From Octopus vulgaris (Eukaryota), in the NCBI GenBank assembly GCA_951406725.2, contig OX597832.1:46624001-46688000 (forward strand): a DNA stretch of 64,000 nt, written 5' to 3'. The notes beneath the pieces are model-generated. The model had not been told where the DNA came from. It made no database searches and was given only the letters and a program-made list of their open reading frames with translations. Below are positions 14,021-28,254 of this stretch, piece by piece (position 1 is the first letter of the stretch; the number at the start of each line of letters is the position of its first letter). A program made the translations under genes and the position numbers.

Positions 14021-14324
14021 ACTGCAAAGTCGACTAAACACTTCAAAACGGTGACCCAGCCTGGCCGCAATCTAGTGATTGAAACAAATAAGAGATAATA
14101 TCTAAAAGATCGCACTGATGTCTCATGAAATATTAAGATTTTAATTATGCAGTCAATTATTTCTGGTAATATATTATTCTGTCAGGTCGCGTTTAAAATG
14201 TTGCTTCAGTTTCATATAAGCCATGATCATGAAATTATACATACAAATACGTGTGAATATACATGTATATATATATATGTACACATATATATTTGTGGTC
14301 ATATACATATATATATGCATACGT

Positions 14325-14423
14325 AAAATACTTTTTCTATTCCTGAGCGTTATACTAATACATCTGTTTGTTTTGTACACCACCTGTCTTCGTCTTTTGT
14401 TTTTTTTTCGTTAACTCTCCCTA
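14325..14423 (+). mobile_element. Family F (Penelope-like pLTR) 3' part ending at (TA)n
   Basis: Reverse complement of 62533-62625 (ttcctgagcgttatactaataca...gtcttcgtcttttg...actctccc). Confidence 0.75.
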
Positions 14424-14437
14424 CATATATGTACGTA

Positions 14438-14494
<57 letters not shown>

Positions 14495-14550
14495 ATATAT
14501 GTTTGTATATATGTTTGTATATATATATACATATGTATATGTATACATAC

Positions 14551-14592
<42 letters not shown>

Positions 14593-15564
14593 ATATAGAT
14601 ACATACACGTGTACGTATGTGAGTATGTTGTGTGAGCGCGCGCGTGTGTAGATATGCATAAATACATGCATGTAATTATATATAGATATACAGAGAGAGA
14701 GAGAAATGTGTATGTATATTATATATAGTGTTCATATATGAAGAGTGAGAGAGATAGAGAGAGAAATAAGGAGTAAGTACGTCACTGAGTGAGTAAGTGA
14801 ACGAACGTGGAGTGAGTGAGTGAGTGAGTGAGTAATTGAGTGAGTGACTGAGTGGTTGAGTAAGTGATTGAGTGAATGAGTGTACAACTAAAAAGGAGAA
14901 TGAGTGACTAACGGAAAGAAAGAACAAATTAGAGAGGGCGAAGCAATATTTTAGTAGGCACCATACGATGTGTAGTATTCCTAATGAAATGACGTAGTCC
15001 TCTTCTTAATTCGCAATTTAATGGTATTAAGATTTTCCTCTGCTCATTTAAAGAAGATTATATTTACATTAATTATTGATTATTCATCTCATGAGATCCA
15101 TTTCTCTTCTACAGCGTGCATTATTTATGAATTACGTAGAAATATATGTAGGTGGAAGCATTAACACATGCAATCACCGTGCACAAAAGGCCAGTTAACG
15201 ACAAAAGTCCGATCAATTGTCGTTTCCATTACTGAGGATAATTAAAACATGCATCATGTTTAATAGCGGCAATTCTGAATATTGTTAGTTTCACTTGAAC
15301 AAGGTTTTGAATTAAACCGTAAATTCAAGGGACAGGATTAGCCGCAGTCATGTTCAGATATAAAAACAGGAAATGCTCTGATTGGAGAAGAAACGGATTT
15401 ACGGAAGATTTAAACGCCTCCTCGCTGTCACAACGCACATTATAAATGAACTGTTATGAATATTTGATTGTTAATAATTACCGTTGCTCTGACCATGAGA
15501 TTCTATGTCATAACCGTGCTTGTAATATTTATTTTCACATCTGTCATCAAATACGTCCACATTA

Positions 15565-16111
<547 letters not shown>

Positions 16112-16433
16112 CATTAGCTGTAATCTATCGAAATCATTGGCATAATAAAGCGTACAACGAATGCGAGCTCTTAATTTTAGCGTGAGCGCTTATTCATAGT
16201 CCACATAAACCTGCGAAACTTTGATATCAACCTTAATATCAAACGCAAGGATCGTGTAATTTAAGTGACGTTCCAAGGATTAAACGAGTTTATTGTTTCT
16301 TCCCTTGAAGAGCATCCAATAAAAAGGATTTTGTGAATATTCTATGCGCAGCAACAACTTTGTTGTTTGTCTTTCGGCAACATTTCATTGTCAACAGATA
16401 GGCTTGAGGTTTATTTGATAATATTCGTTTCTA

Positions 16434-16526
<93 letters not shown>

Positions 16527-16576
16527 CATATATGCATATATATATACATTCATGCATATACATAGTATATATGTAT

Positions 16577-16624
<48 letters not shown>

Positions 16625-16961
16625 TTTACATATATACATTCATATATATATATATACATTCATGCATATACATAGTATATATGTATTACATGTATATATA
16701 TATGTGTGTATATATATATATATGTATGTATGAATGTATATGTTCTTATATATATACATATAAGAGATAATGGTGTCATTGAGACCCAAAGGTGTCAGGT
16801 AAGTGTTATAGGCAAATGATAGTTAAGTTCCAGATTCGGTAATATTGCGAATAAAGGGTTCAAAGTTGGTTCTATGTCAGCGTGTGTATATATGAATTTT
16901 TTTTGCGTAATAAGATAAAAAACCAAGGGTGTATAGAAATTAGAGCATTTATAGATAGAAG

Positions 16962-17013
16962 GTCTTACAGCCGTTTCTAGGATATTAGTTAATAATATCC
17001 CTTCATCGGAGAC
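16962..17013 (-). ncRNA. Minimal type I hammerhead ribozyme motif (mirror copy, stem III palindrome mutated)
   Basis: gtct-CCGATGA-stem II-GAAA-cggctg-TA-agac. Confidence 0.6.
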
Positions 17014-17110
17014 GGTGTGAGAGGATAATTAAGTATTAGTTAGTTTAGATGTGATACGAAATAGAGAGTGAGGTGGAGGAAAGAATATAGATGTATTTTC
17101 CTCTCAAACC

Positions 17111-17162
17111 GTCTCCGATGAAGGGATATTATAAACTAATATCCTAGAAACAGCTGTAAGAC
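17111..17162 (+). ncRNA. Minimal type I hammerhead ribozyme motif (U4C core)
   Basis: gtct-CCGATGA-a-gggatatt-ataaact-aatatcct-a-GAAA-cagctg-TA-agac. Confidence 0.7.
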
Positions 17163-18361
17163 CTTCTATCTATAAATGCTCTAATATCTATACAGCCTTG
17201 GTTTTTTCTATCTTATTACGCAAAAAAATTCTTACGTATATATATATATATATATATATGTACATGTGAGGGAGAGAATATGCATGAATCCTATGCTACT
17301 ATATAAATGTGATTTTCGAGGGAGCATTGTCACGTTTCTTGACTATTGTTTCTTATGAATAGTATCGGAAAGATTCATCTCGTGATATGTTGATTCAGTA
17401 GTAAGAAACTGAGTCCTTGGGAAAGCAGTTAAGATATGAACAATGATATTCACATACAAATTGCTATTACGTTTAAATCAAATCTTCACTGCTTTGGCAA
17501 AAGACGTTGAGGTAACAAGTACACTCTGTATGATGGTACATGAAATCGCAATCCGTTCCCTTTGGAGATAAATTAATAGAAGCTTCTCATATTGAATTAT
17601 GATTCAAAGTTTCAGTATAAATATATACACACAGAAATAATCTATGATTTTTGTATCTGAGATACAGTGAATGCCTAAGGTTTTTCTATATTAAATTTTG
17701 GAAGCAGTGGAATCTGTGGGTGATTTGCGATTAATGAAAGCAATATTTAACAACATTAAAAGGCTATATGGTAAGAATTTTGCTTTCCAACTAAAAGGCT
17801 CCAGGATTAGTCCAACTGCGTAGGACTTTAAGTAAGTGCCTTCTACTATAGTACCAGGAATATAAAAGTATTCAGTATGATTCATTCGACTGAAATTCTT
17901 TCAGGCGATGCCCTAGCTTGGTCGCTGTCTAATCACTGAAACAAGTACCTTAATAAGAATTTACATCAGAACAATTCCCCCAGCGTTTTAAATTCGAGAA
18001 ATTTTCATTAAAAAATGCAGATTATTTTGCCGCATCCAAGTCAAAAGTTATCCTGCCAAATTCCCAACTTCCAACATGCAAACTTATCTGCAAGTTAGAC
18101 CCCACTTCAGCCATTATATTACTAGTTGTAGATCGGACCGCGTTGGTAAACGCCACTGCGAATAGAAATCCAATTGCTTATACAGCTCATCGTTTTTTCT
18201 GCGGCAAGGACAATTTTTCGTTGGTGAGGATGTATATTTACGATAGAGACATCATCAGCGACCTGCTGTGTAATGTATCTGCTATGGTCTCGAATAGCAA
18301 TAAGTTTCAGAATCCCAATGACGTGATCATTTAAGCAAAAGTTTATAAATGGTCATATACA

Positions 18362-18765
18362 TAGGCGCAGGAGTGGCTGTGTGGTAAGTAGCTTGCTAAC
18401 CAACCACATGGTTCCGGGTTCAGTCCCACTGCGTGGCATCTTGGGCTAGTGTCTTCTACTATAGCCCCGGGCCGACCAATGCCTTATGAGTGGATTTGGT
18501 AGACGGAAACTGAAAGAAGCCTGTCGTATATATGTATATATATATATATGTGGGGGGGGGTTGTGTGTCTGTGTTTGTCCCCCTAGCATTGCTTGACAAC
18601 CGATGCTGGTGTGTTTACGTCCCCGTCACTTAGCGGTTCGGCAAAAGAGACCGATAGAATAAGTACTGGGCTTACAAAGAATAAGTCCCGGGGTCGATTT
18701 GCTCGACTAAAGGCGGTGCTCCAGCATGGCCGCAGTCAAATGACTGAAACAAGTAAAAGAGTAAA
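18362..18765 (+). mobile_element. SINE-A full length, followed by a 3' half copy at 18838-19020
   Basis: ggcgcaggagtggctgtgtgg head, B box ggttcagtcc, internal microsatellite, gtaaaaga tail. Confidence 0.95.
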
Positions 18766-19817
18766 GCAGTATATAATTTATTATAATACGTAAAAATTAA
18801 ACATGACGAGGTGTATTTCTTTTGCTTTGTCGTCACTCTCGCTTGACAACAGACGCTGGTGTGTTTATGTCCCCGTCACTTAGCGGTTCGGAAAAAGAGT
18901 CCTATAGAATAAGTACTAGGCTTACAAAAAATAAGTCTTGGGGTCGATTTGCCCGACTAAAGGTGGTGCTCCAGCATGGCCGCAGTCAAATGACTGAACA
19001 AGTAATAGAGTAAAAGAGTACAGAATGCGCGCATGTGTGTGTGTATGTGTGCGTGTGTGTTTTGTATATGTGTGTGTATGGTTGTGTGCGTGTAAACATA
19101 AGCATGTTGAAAATAACCTTATGTAAATGAGGAGTGAAAAAATAAAACGTAGCGTTAAATAAATTATGAAGTGTTAATATATAAAATAGACAAGAGCAGT
19201 AAAAGATATCAGAAAGTGAACGAGTGCAAACAAATGAATTTTAAAAAAAGACATAAAACATAGAACAAAACCGAAAGTTAACAGGCTTTTTGAACAGAAT
19301 AGGAAATAGAGAGAGCGTGGAAGGAAGGGTGGGCGTAAAAATAAATGACAAAATGTATTTTGATGGAGAAGTGATTTGAATATTATATAAGAAAGATAAA
19401 CCGCCGAGAGTAAGAAAGTTCACAGTGTGTATACACGAATGTAGTTACGGTATTGAGTGAGATTTTAAGCATGTTACTTCAATGAATAAATTCTCAGTAA
19501 ATCCATTTACTGTTCAAAATTACTTTTCGTCTTAAACGAATTATGTATTTGTCTTTTGTATTTGTAATACACATGCACAGACTGACACAGAAACACACAG
19601 ACACATGCACGCACGCACGCATGCGCATGTAATATAAAAGCATTTACGGAAATACACAGCTAATGCGATGAACGAGTAGGATTTTGAACAATATGGCTGA
19701 CATCGAAAAGGATCTTGAACACGTGACTCTGTGGTCAAACTGGTATAAGTAGGAGATAGGATTTCATTTGTTACTTTTCTGACTGGGGAGCTCACAGTTT
19801 TATTTCGGTCAGATTGC

Positions 19818-19860
<43 letters not shown>

Positions 19861-20023
19861 TGTGTATGTGTCTGTGTCTCTGTGTGTCTGTGTGTCTGTG
19901 TCTGTGTGTGTGTGTGTATGTGTGTGAGTTTGTGTGCATGCGCGGGCTCGCTGAAAATAAGGTCACACTTTCAATTTAAGCGAAAACGTACGTACGATTT
20001 TATGTATGTATTTACACGTGATT

Positions 20024-20370
20024 GAGAAGGCGCATGGCTTCGTGGTTAGAGCGTAGGTTGTGAGGTTGTGAGGTTGTGAGTTCGTTTCCCGGATCGGGCT
20101 GCATGTTGTGTTCTTGAGCAAGACACTTTATTTCACGTTGCTCCAGTTAACTCAGCTGTATAAATGAGATGTGACGTCATTGGTGCCAAGCTGTATCGGC
20201 CTTTGCCTGTCCCTTGCATAACACTGCTGGCGTGAAGAGGGGAGGCTGTTATGCATGGGCGACTGCCGGTCTTCCACAAACAATCTTGCCCTGATTTGTG
20301 ACTCGGAGGGTAACTTTCTAGGTGCAATCCCATGGTCATTCATGACCGAAACGGATCTCTTGCTCCTCCC
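20024..20370 (+). mobile_element. CORE-type SINE (head D, tail Z) with 14-bp TSD
   Basis: ttcttgagcaagacactttatttcacgttgctccag; atttacacgtgatt (20010-20023) and atttacgcgtgatt (20371-20384). Confidence 0.85.
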
Positions 20371-20440
20371 ATTTACGCGTGATTATATATGTACATATAC
20401 GTATCATATGTGTGCGTGTGTGTGAATTATATACATATAT

Positions 20441-20670
20441 ATTTCTTTACTACCCACAAGGGGCTAAACACAGAGGGGACAAACAAGGACACACAGACGG
20501 ATTAAGTCGATTATATCGACCCCAGTGCGTAAATGGTACTTAATTTATCGACCCCGAAAGGGTGAAAGGTAAAGTCGACCTCGGCGGAATTTGAACTTAG
20601 AACGTAACGGCAGACGAAATACCGCCAAGCATTTCTCCCGGCGTGCTAACGTTTCTGCCAGCTCGCCGAC
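20441..20670 (-). mobile_element. SINE-B, Tx1-like tail subfamily, full length
   Basis: Near-identical to 55493-55724 and 10945-11157. Confidence 0.92.
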
Positions 20671-20970
20671 TTCATTATATACATATATGGACAAATACGA
20701 ACATAGATTTATATAAGTGAAAATATGTACGCACAAACGCATACACACACAACACACACACATATATCTCTATATATGCGCATGTATCTATTCATAAATC
20801 AATTTATATGTAAGTTATGTAAGAATGTATGCATAAATACCTCTGAGCACGAATGTAGACATATATTTTAGTGTATCTGAAAATATGATTTTAATGCGAA
20901 TATGTGTGCGTGTGTTAGTGCGCATGCGCATGAGTTTGTGCGCGTGAGTATGCATCAGTGTGTATGTTTT

Positions 20971-21004
<34 letters not shown>

Positions 21005-21140
21005 TATATATATATGCATATATATATATATTTATATCTATCTATCTATCTATATATATATATATGCATATATATATATATTTATATCTATCTATCTATC
21101 TCTCTCTATATATATATGCATATATATATATGCATATATA

Positions 21141-21206
<66 letters not shown>

Positions 21207-21214
21207 TATATATT

Positions 21215-21253
<39 letters not shown>

Positions 21254-22170
21254 GAGTATTTTTATACGTATGTATATTTGTTCGTGTGTGTGTATATGCG
21301 CATATGTATATGATTCTATGCAATCATGAATATTTTATGTTTCAATACCAAGCGCTACTGGTTTGTTCCGTCTAATTTTGTTATCTTCTAAAACAAAAAG
21401 CCAAATTCGTATTAATGTTCATTATCCGGAATTATAAAATTCAATAAGTGTTCAGGAATTCTTCCAAAGATTCATATTTAAGCATTTTATGGTGCTACAC
21501 AGTTACGCCACATACATAATATATAGCCCTTTCTATATTTACTAAGATACCGCTTACCGCCTAAACATCTCTCCTCGAAGTGAAATAGTTTAACTTGATT
21601 GTGCAGTAATTCCATAAGAGAGAACACAAGAAAATGTCTACTGCACACAAGTATGTTAAACATATGACAATATAATTTACAATTTTACGTTTCACTTTTA
21701 AACTATAAGTAGATGTTAGTTACTTAAAATAGTTGACAACATGCAGTAAATCTTTGAAATATTTCAGCCATTTCAAACTAAAAATTGTACATACTGCATT
21801 AAATTGAAGTAAGAGTCATTAATCGATTTTACTACCGGGAAGATGGTATTAGCTATTCCGTAGTTCAGAACGACACATCAGTTATGTAACGAAAATAACA
21901 ATAGAAACGGCAGCAATACCATACTATCGATAATAATAAAAATGGTTTCCTAACGTTGGCAGGAGGTGAGTAAATTTAGGGCAAGTGCGTTCGTTCGAAT
22001 GTGTCGGCTGCAGTATTTGCCTGGTTTATTTATTTATTTCGTCGATACCGAAAGGACAGGAAAGGTAATGTCGACTCCGGCGGAGGAACGACTTAGGAGA
22101 AGTAAAGAAAAAAAAAGAAAACCCTGGACAAATCCTGCAAAATATATATATATATTTTTTGCACACTCTA

Positions 22171-22201
<31 letters not shown>

Positions 22202-22271
22202 CCATACTCTTTTACTCTTACTCTTTTACTTGTTTCAGTCATTTGACTGCGGCAATGCTGGATCACCGCCT

Positions 22272-22312
22272 TCATCATCATCATCATCATCACCACCACC
22301 ACCACTACCACC

Positions 22313-22345
<33 letters not shown>

Positions 22346-22391
22346 TTCATCGTCGTCGTCGTCGTCATCATCATCATCACCACCACCACCA

Positions 22392-22454
<63 letters not shown>

Positions 22455-22455
22455 G
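22272..22455. repeat. (CAT/CAC/CGT)n compound microsatellite next to a SINE-A 3' fragment (22205-22272, minus)
   Basis: Direct inspection. Confidence 0.9.
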
Positions 22456-22487
22456 TATTATTATACATTTGTTAGTTTCAGGCACAA

Positions 22488-22523
<36 letters not shown>

Positions 22524-22627
22524 TGGAGTAAACACATAAATGTGAAACAAGGTGGAAAAAAGAGTACTCAAATACCAGTGGTAGAGTAATATGCTTTATT
22601 TAAAAGCAGCAGAAAATTCAACAAAAC

Positions 22628-22665
22628 CTGTTACTCTGAGTTTCCCGTTGCCGTTCATCGGACAG
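22628..22665 (-). ncRNA. Minimal type I hammerhead motif (U4C core) in a short element of about 22523-22678 flanked by (TA)n
   Basis: ctgt-CCGATGA-a-cg-gcaa-cg-g-GAAA-ctcagag-TA-acag; stem I ctgt/acag. Confidence 0.65.
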
Positions 22666-22792
22666 TTTTTTCCTAGAATATATATATATATAACATGCAA
22701 TGCTCCATACACCACAGCAACACGGAGGTATATTGTGATGAGATATCAACTTGCATGAAACTAACAAATGTATAATACATATGTATATATAT

Positions 22793-23184
22793 ATATATAT
22801 AAAATTAAAGTTGTGTGTCTGTCTCCTACGATTTATGTTCCTAACTACTCCCACATTTTGCAGTGCAGTTTAACCAAAACCGGGTATCTTATAGTCGTGA
22901 TTCATATCGAGCCCTTCTGGGTATTAGTGCGCGTCTACGATGAGTCTACAATTTAAAAAAAATTTACCATCATTTTTTTCCATTTTAATGCATTTTTGGC
23001 TATTATATAAGGGAAGTAACTCTCTAAAAATGTATTATTAAATCTCAGAACGTAAAAAGCTACAGTAACACCCACCCCCTTTGTGGTTAGCCATATTGAG
23101 ATGGCTATTATACTTTACGTCTCCAAAAATGCTTATATAGTTATTTCCCTTACAAACCCGAGCAACGCCGGGCGATACTGCTAG
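22793..23184 (+). mobile_element. Non-autonomous Helitron
   Basis: 3' hairpin cccg-agcaacgc-cggg (23157-23172) followed 8 nt later by CTAG|T; 5' end merges with (TA)n. Confidence 0.75.
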
Positions 23185-23199
23185 TATATATATATACGG

Positions 23200-23600
23200 T
23201 GAGAATACAATTACTTCCCGATATTGTGTTACACAAGTGTATTCGGTTACAGGGTTTGGCTCCAGCTTTTGATTGGTTTAATGTTTGTATTCGGTGTTGT
23301 GTAACGCCTGTTGTTTTCTTCTGTGGTGTATCCGATTTGCAGACTACATGTTGTAGACGCTCTTTATACTATTGTATATTTACTGCATAGAGTGTGTCTT
23401 GTCTTTGTGAATTTCTTTGAGTTGTAATAATGAACTGACAGTGTCTTGCGTAGGCTGTGAGGTGCTCCTATCAGAGCTATGTTTTCAGATAGTGTGTAGT
23501 GTTGAGGGTTCATGCATAGCCTCTACTTTTTTGTGTGTTTATACGTCTATTTCCCAGCTATTATTGGCTTTTGTTTTCCCTTTTATGCCCCTCACCTTAA
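23200..23600 (-). mobile_element. Degenerate Penelope-like RT C-terminal fragment
   Basis: Frameshifted WEIDV...K...LCMNP...IALI.A resembles the PLE VY.K.T...LN..S..P..K segment; abuts (TA)n. Confidence 0.4.
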
Positions 23601-23759
23601 ATGCTTCCATTTCGAATTTTTGAACTTCGACAATTTCTTCATTTCTTTGGAGGTAATATTTTGATTAGAAAGGACTGCAATCAACAAGCAAATGTTTTTT
23701 TTCTTTTTTTTCAAAATCTTAATTATTATGACTGCGATTAACTTTGATTTATTTGTTAA

Positions 23760-24254
23760 TTAGAACAATCATATTCCAGATGATTGTGGCCTGGTTGTTG
23801 TCATTACCTTGTTTGGCACACGTTTCTACGATTTTTTGTTAGATTTTATATAGTAGCATCGGAATATTGCCTAGTTATTCAGATTTGGCTAGGACTGGAC
23901 ATCCAGAGATGGTGTGGTCAACCGTCTCATTGTACTTGTTGCATATTCAGCATTTGGTGTTAGGGTCTGATTTGCTTATTTTCTTTTTATAATTGTTTTT
24001 GATCAAGCATTAGACTTGTGCAACGAGAAACATTTTTTTCGTTTTTGCTTTCAGTCCCAAGATTTTGAGCTAGTGTTTGCTTTTACTTAGCCACACTTCT
24101 CTGCCAAGCCTTGCAGCGTACTGAGCATGGAGTGAATTTCTCTTCATGTCTTTCTAATTGCTTTGTAGCTCCATTTTTATGATTTCTGTCTCTGATAATT
24201 TCTATCGTGTTGTCATCTGAAATCAGTGTTTCGGCGTAGTTTTCTTCTATTTTG
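23760..24254 (-). mobile_element. R4/Dong-type (RLE) LINE fragment
   Basis: LH.QY...GLKAKT...AQ...KC*ICNKYNETVDHTISGCPVLAKSE (CCHC knuckle). Confidence 0.8.
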
Positions 24255-24553
24255 TATTGGGTTGTCCGGAAAGTTCGTGCCGATTTATAGTAGCTTACAT
24301 TTCGACTTATTTTAGAACATAGCTGAGTCCATAAAATAGGATTTGACTACACCTCCATTTAGAGCACAGATTAAGCTATTTTTTCGTGGAAGAAGTTTTA
24401 TGTTCCTATAACCTGTGTTAATTCTGTAACCCTTTAAAATGGAAGATAAGAAATTTCATTTTCGGCACTTGATGCTTTGGGAACCAGACACAAATTCTTG
24501 CAGATCGGCTAGGATGCGTTACCCCACCCTCCATATTCACCAGATATTGCTCC
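24255..24553 (+). mobile_element. Internally deleted mariner derivative, 3'-truncated
   Basis: TA + TIR ttgggttgtccggaaagttcgtgccgat; MEDKKFHFRHLMLWE fused to PHPPYSPDIAP. Confidence 0.88.
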
Positions 24554-24971
24554 CCAACCTCTGCTCGTGATCATAAATGCACATATCGACAGAAAATAAA
24601 GGACATACTCAACTGGTTAAGGTCAAGAGACTGACAAGCAAATCTGTGGTACTGAGCATAATATTTGCTGTAGCCTATTTTAATACCAAGACAGAACATG
24701 TACATAACACTTCCAATCTATTCTATTTAACTTCCGCGAAGTGGACAGAGAACAGAAAGACAGCTCTATTGATAACGTGTTCTTCGAATCGCTAAAGCGT
24801 CCCCTTTTTGACCTCACTTCTAGATTAGAGTTTTCAGAAAGCTCCTTTAGTCTCTAAACCGAAAGTTTTTAGCTATTAGCTACTTATTTAATCCTCGGCC
24901 CCGGGATCTTCCTCAAAATCGGTATCGCTCATATTTTCCACAGACAACTTCAGGGCAGACACCCTATCAAA

Positions 24972-25155
24972 ATATTCTTTTCTACTCTAGGCCCAAGACC
25001 AGACATTTTGGGGGAGAGAGCGAGTCAATTACATCGACACCAATACGCAACTAATACTTAATTTATCGACCCCAAAGGGATGAAAAGTGAAGGCGACCTC
25101 AGCGGAATTTGAACTCAGAACGTACAGACAGACGAAATACCACCGCTAAACATTT
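24972..25155 (-). mobile_element. SINE-B (older tail type)
   Basis: Core and head gacgaaatac match SINE-B. Confidence 0.8.
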
Positions 25156-25408
25156 CGTGTTTCTATGGAGTATGTGTTCCCCCCAACTGGACGGAACGCC
25201 AGTCCATCGCAGGAAACAGGAAGAAAGAGTGAGTAAAAGTTGGAGCGAAAGAGCCGAACAGGGGTCGCCACCACCCAGCTGTCAGAGCCCCGTGGAATAT
25301 TAGGTGTTTTCGTTCGATAAGCACACACAACGCCCGGACAGGGAATCGAAACCGCGATCCTCCTACCGCGAGTCCGCTGCCTTAACCACTGGGCCATTGC
25401 GCCTCCAC
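25156..25408 (-). mobile_element. SINE head C, tail Y
   Basis: Head matches 8064; tail ctgcgatggactggcgttccgtccag (V-domain-like) matches 39220-39468. Confidence 0.85.
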
Positions 25409-26284
25409 ACCAACTCACATATTCTAACATATATCTTTCTGTGATAAACTGCATGATTTCAGATTTTAGACACAATTACTGAGAAACGTTCCTTTATATG
25501 ACAGCATTTAAGAATGTTTGTATATCTCAGGACAGGTACATGTGTGTGATAGAGAGAGAGAGAGAGAGAGAGAGAGTACGTGTGTGAGTGTGCGTCCGTG
25601 TGTGAGTGTGCGTCCGTGTGTGAGTGTGTGTGCGCGTGTGATGCAAATACAGTTAAGTATTTAATTGAAATTCCATCTTGCTACTTTTTATTAAGATACG
25701 ACAGCAAATAAAGAAAAATAACCAGGTGATCTCTGTCTTTATGGACGCAGAGAATATTCAGATTGCCATATTTTCGTAAAGGATCCCGGAATACAAGCAT
25801 GGAATATAATATTAGCTTACCTCTGTATGAAATTTCTATTCTGGTTATTGAATAAACAGACGTATGAATGAGACGTCAGTAATGTATTTATTTAGCACCT
25901 GACCTCCTGAAAGTATCTCAGCATTTCCTACGCAAATATTTGAGTTTTCTATATAAGTTTATATAACCATGGAATACAGATAGTAAAATAAAACTCTGTC
26001 GTGATGTATGGAAAATGTTATATGCCACAAAAGCTTATTTGATACATCTTATCGTGTACATTTAACCATCTTCGTAAAACATAATGTGTGCATTTACATA
26101 AGTCAGTGCAGCAGAGTTCAAGGAAACTAGTATATTAATGTTATCGATGATTCATCCTGACCAGCATGCAATAAAGCTAGACTTCTTTCTCCGCATATTA
26201 TAATTCGCATGATGCTCTCACTTTTTGAAATTGATATATAGATACATATAAACAGATAGATAGATAGAGATAGACAGATAGATT

Positions 26285-26330
<46 letters not shown>

Positions 26331-26525
26331 GATAGATGCATAAATAAAAAGATCTATATATAAATATGCATATGTATGCATATATTTTTCTAATTACCTA
26401 TAGATAGACACACATAGAGAGAGAGAGAGAGAGAGAGTGACAGACAGACAGACAGATAGACAGACAAACAGATAGATATATAGAGAGATACACAGATAGA
26501 CAGGCAGGCAGACAGACAGACATAC

Positions 26526-26609
<84 letters not shown>

Positions 26610-26642
26610 TGATAGATAGATTGATAGATAGATAGATAGATA

Positions 26643-26855
26643 TGTTTCTTTATTAGCCACACAGGGCTGTACACAGATGGGACAGATTATAAAGTAGATC
26701 TTTTCTTTTTGGGGGAGAGAAAAAAACGTGGGGTAGGTTTTCGATCAAAAGGGATCGTAAAAGGGAAAGAAGAAAAAAAGGAAAGAAAAAAATGAATAAA
26801 AAACGATCAATAGGGATGTGTATCACAGAAGTGTCATGATGTAAAGTGTAAAGGG

Positions 26856-26856
<1 letters not shown>
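26643..26856 (-). mobile_element. Second Tx1 3' UTR fragment inside (GATA)n
   Basis: tgtttctttattagccacacagggctg identical to the 11905 end; (TAGA)n on both flanks. Confidence 0.88.
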
Positions 26857-26929
<73 letters not shown>

Positions 26930-27510
26930 TAATGCTGTGACGGACCGGCATTTCGACCAAGGAGTGGAGGATTACATATGTTAGAGAATCCAGGTAGTAG
27001 ACCGATTTAACTTATGACTCGGGAAGAAACTTTCGACCTTTGAACTACAAAACTGTCATGCACTTTGACTCCACTGATACTACCACATTTCCTTTAACAC
27101 ACAGAATTAAAACGTACCCTCCATGACGTTCACTTCTGAATGTGGCTACAACTAATCCAAACACACATGAATTCCATATAGTGTTATTGCAGAATCAATC
27201 TAAAACTTGTTTCCATACTTTTTCCAAATAATTCCTATTTATAGATAGGCCCTACATGTTCCTGTGAAGGCAACAAGCTAAAAAGCTGAGAGCTTTTGTG
27301 TAGTTGCTACATGTTTTGTATTGAAATTTATGGAGTAATCGATGCCCTTGTATTGAACACATATGAAACAGATATATGCACCAATATACAGTTTGTTATG
27401 CATATTTTCTTCCTTTTCTTTCCGACAGTTCAGATTTCAGAACCATCAAAGTTCTTCAGCTTTTGGGTAGAATGCTAGAATATTATTAAGAATGCTAAAA
27501 CATTATTAAA

Positions 27511-28192
27511 TATTGAACCTGGAAAAGTAGAGGACATGAAGAAAACAAATATTGCTGCTCAGGTTAGAATTTCTGAAATTGTTCATAAAATAGTATGTGC
27601 GATTATAATTTTTATTTTGTATTACTTTTCCTGATATTTCATTGCAGATGTTTTAATTTAAGTTAACAAATTTGATTCAAAAACAAATTTGTATTAAACT
27701 AAAAAAAAATCTATTTTATTTTTAGAATTATATTATTGTTTGAATATGTTTTCTTAGAAAAACTCATTATCCAAAAAATTATAAATCAGAGATATTATGT
27801 TGAAATTAAACTCAGGCAGGATATATGTAAATTTAAAATAAGAGTACAAAAAAACTAGCAAAATTTATTTTTAAGTAAACAAAATAATTAATTTCTTTAA
27901 AGTGTGCATAATCAGATACCAAATTATTTTCTATTTACTGTCAGAAAAAATTATTTTACTCTTTTATTCTGTTAATTGTTTGAGCCATTTGACTGCGCCC
28001 ACGCCGGAGCACCGCCTCTTAATCGAAGACATCGACCCCTGCACTTATTTTGTGTGAGCCTGGTACTTGCTCTATAGATCTCTTCTGTCGACACGTTAAG
28101 TTGCAGAAACGTAAACACACCAACATCGGTTGTCAAGCGATGGTGGGGGAAGGGACAAACACAGACACAAACACACACACACATATGAATAA

Positions 28193-28254
<62 letters not shown>

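Larger units (their letters stand above)
16894..17231. mobile_element. Inverted Penelope-like pLTR pair (arms of about 130 bp)
   Basis: 16894-17025 is the reverse complement of 17099-17231; each arm holds a hammerhead motif; (TA)n flank. Confidence 0.8.

Noticed and set aside
22159-22539. Poly-His or Ser/Pro-rich protein
   Set aside because: (CAT/CAC)n microsatellite plus a SINE fragment.
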